A stretch of DNA of 64,000 nucleotides from the human T2T-CHM13v2.0 reference genome, Homo sapiens, in NCBI RefSeq assembly GCF_009914755.1, contig NC_060948.1. One strand, given 5' to 3'. The notes under the pieces were generated by a model. The model was not told the DNA's origin, made no database searches, and saw only the letters and a list, made by a program, of their open reading frames with translations. Shown here piece after piece: positions 61,536-64,000 of this stretch; position 1 is the first letter of the stretch; each line of letters opens with the position of its first letter. The translations under genes and the position numbers were made by a program.

Positions 61536-64000
61536 GAAAGGAAGAAATTAGAGAATGTGCCAACTTCTAAATCCATGGATTATTCATGCTCATAATGTAG
61601 AAGACATACAGTTAAACAATCTCTAGACAAGTAATTTTCAGATAGCATATGTTTTCCTGAAAATTCTCAGGCAAAAATGTAAAGACTACCAAGGAAGATG
61701 AGCTCTTTCAAATAGCCTTTCTAAAATTGTGAATAAAGTTCTAAAATTTAAACTCACAATAGGGTTTCCCCAACAGTTTGATTTTCTTCTTCTATGTGTA
61801 TCTGTAAATAGAATTCTAGATAGATGCTTTAATGTGACCAAATCCATTTGACAGCTTTTCAAAATGTTATAAAGTGTGTGTGTGTGCATGCGCACATATT
61901 CATGTGTGCATATATGTATGAGAAGGGAATAAAGAAGAGTAGAGACAGAGAGAGGGATGACAATCCAGTACCATATCTGATTGTAATTGCCTATAATATA
62001 CATTATCTTTATTTTGTAAGTCATTGAGATTTTTAACTATTCTAACACTATGAATACGCCCTTAGCCAAATTTTGTGTGCAGAGTATGGTAGTAGAAATT
62101 TATAGATATAAAGATGCTCCAATTTTATAGAGTGAAACATTAAAGATTATTTACTTAGTAGCAGAACTATTGGTAGAATACAGATTTGCTCCCTTTTAAT
62201 CTTGACCTTTTCACCTACCAATGGATCATTTGTTGTTTTCTTTGTATCATGAAACATGTCTTTTAAAAATAGATATTGGTACAACCAGGAAGAACTGAGT
62301 TTAAGGCGTATTATATTGCTTGCACCCACAATGTTGAATTTCAAAAGATAATAATACCTGGTGGCATATAGTAGTATCTCAGTGGTTTTGTTTCTGTGAT
62401 ATTAAGCTTAGTTAGTTGAAGACCACTAAAATAATATAATCTCCATAATTTTAAATGATTGAACTCTTACAGAATAAATTAAGAGTGCTATTAGTATTAT
62501 TCAAGAGATTTTAGTGCATGAGCAAGTGAAATCAATGAGTAGATGTACTAAGACAACAACGCCTGACTCTAAAAGACCAGCACTTCAACTTTTATTTTAT
62601 TTTCTATACTGTTGTATAAGAGTGCCTTAGTATTTCTGACAAATGGAAATTATTGGTTAGAATTTCAATTCTAACTATATGATGAATGATCAAATCATAT
62701 GAAAGTTGTTAGGTCAAAATATTATAACAGATAGGAGCAATTCCATGTCTAGTTCTAATCAAGTCTTTGGCAGATCTATCATTTTAGTTACCCTCAATAG
62801 AAAAAAATATAGAAATTGTTTTTTATGTAGCAGTTTTTGACAATTGGAAATTGGGGAACCAAGTTGATTTCACTATTCATAGTATATATGTCACATTTTT
62901 ACTCCTGGCTGTTGGCAAAGCTTGTCAGTCCTAGCCCTATGATTTTACTGTATGCACATTTTAATACTTTTAAAATGTAGATGGTGATACTGGTTGTTGT
63001 GGTGATACTGCTGGTGATAGAATATTGTTGCTATTTTTCCTCATATGAGGAATATGTAATATAAAATGTTGAAGGGACTATTTTTTCTTTAGATATTTTA
63101 AATAACACACTATACTTTTTGTTCTGAAAATAGCTATCCTTTAATTTTGTTCTTAATTTATTAAAACTATTTTACAGTTTTACCTGGATACTAAATTTGG
63201 ATAAGCTAATTTATAGAAAGAGTGTGTGTGATATCTAAATGCCAAGAACTACTTAAAATATATGATATGTTTGGTTGAGTGCCAAAATTGCAATGTGCCA
63301 ATTTTCTATGAAATAATATGCATTCATGTGTGGGGTTGGGGGGATGATGCATTTAAGATGCCTCTTTTCTTCTAAGTACATTTATGTGAAAATTGTTGTT
63401 GGAGACAGCAATCTTAGTTTCCTGTCATCTTGAATGAGTAATAGTCTATTATTCAGATGTAAAGTGTAGAAAAGAGGTCATTCCACAACCCAAATATAGT
63501 TCGATGAGCTGCAGTATGATTGGTTGACACATCAAACATAAAAGCTTTTTATGCATTGATTTCTCTACATTCCTTGCAATAATTTATCTAATTTGTTTGA
63601 TTGATTGACTCTTTGTATTGCAGTATGCATTTATTCAATAAAGTACCTACATCATAAAATCAATATATAGTTGCATTCCTGCACTAAGTACCATTTTAGA
63701 AAGTGTGATTGAATTTCCACAGAAATTAATCAATGTGATAGATGTATTTATCATTTGGATTAGACAGAAAATAAGAAAAAAGTCATGTGTGTCTTTTTTA
63801 TTATAAAAATATATTTTTTATTTTCAAGCTCTTGTTAGCCCTTAAATTTTATAAATTTTATATAAGGTAGTTTTCAAAAGCACAGTATCTAGGTAATAAA
63901 AATTAATTATTAGTATTTTGAACCAAATAGGTCAAAAATTATACACAGTTTTTCAACTGAATAGGGAGTTGGTGCCCTTAACCTTTATGTTCTTCAAAGG

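Noticed and set aside
61540-64000. Non-repetitive AT-rich tail as a possible gene or conserved element
   Set aside because: No recognisable ORF, RNA gene, CpG island or convincing exon. Conservation cannot be judged without alignments.

Overview
Human genomic DNA: an AluYb9, a human-specific subfamily, is present. The window is AT-rich and dominated by transposable elements, and I recognise no intact host protein-coding gene. Every ORF with a recognisable protein is a decayed L1 or ERV remnant. The centrepiece is a two-LTR, 5.84-kb deleted-type HERV-H provirus on the minus strand (4875-10716) with LTR7 LTRs, a tRNA-His PBS and a consensus leader splice donor. Around it lie L1s of several ages, solo LTRs (LTR2, MER4, MLT2, MSTA/THE1, MSTB, MER34, MER50, MER61), a MER57-type and a MER66-type ERV, a deeply nested MaLR>L1PA>HERV-L stack, DNA transposons (MER58, MER2, Tigger2a) and Alus. 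The best leads are: (1) a possible LTR7up-type HERV-H chimeric transcript splicing to a strong acceptor about 0.9 kb beyond the 3' LTR; (2) a tRNA-Glu-like relic inside the MER57 internal region; (3) a HERV-L fragment lacking its 5' LTR but apparently keeping a target-site duplication; (4) an atypical 7-bp HERV-H target-site duplication; (5) a 5 x ~269-bp array in an old L1 5' UTR. Family names come from recalled consensus sequences, not a database search, and boundaries of old elements are approximate. No novel biological system is proven by the sequence alone.
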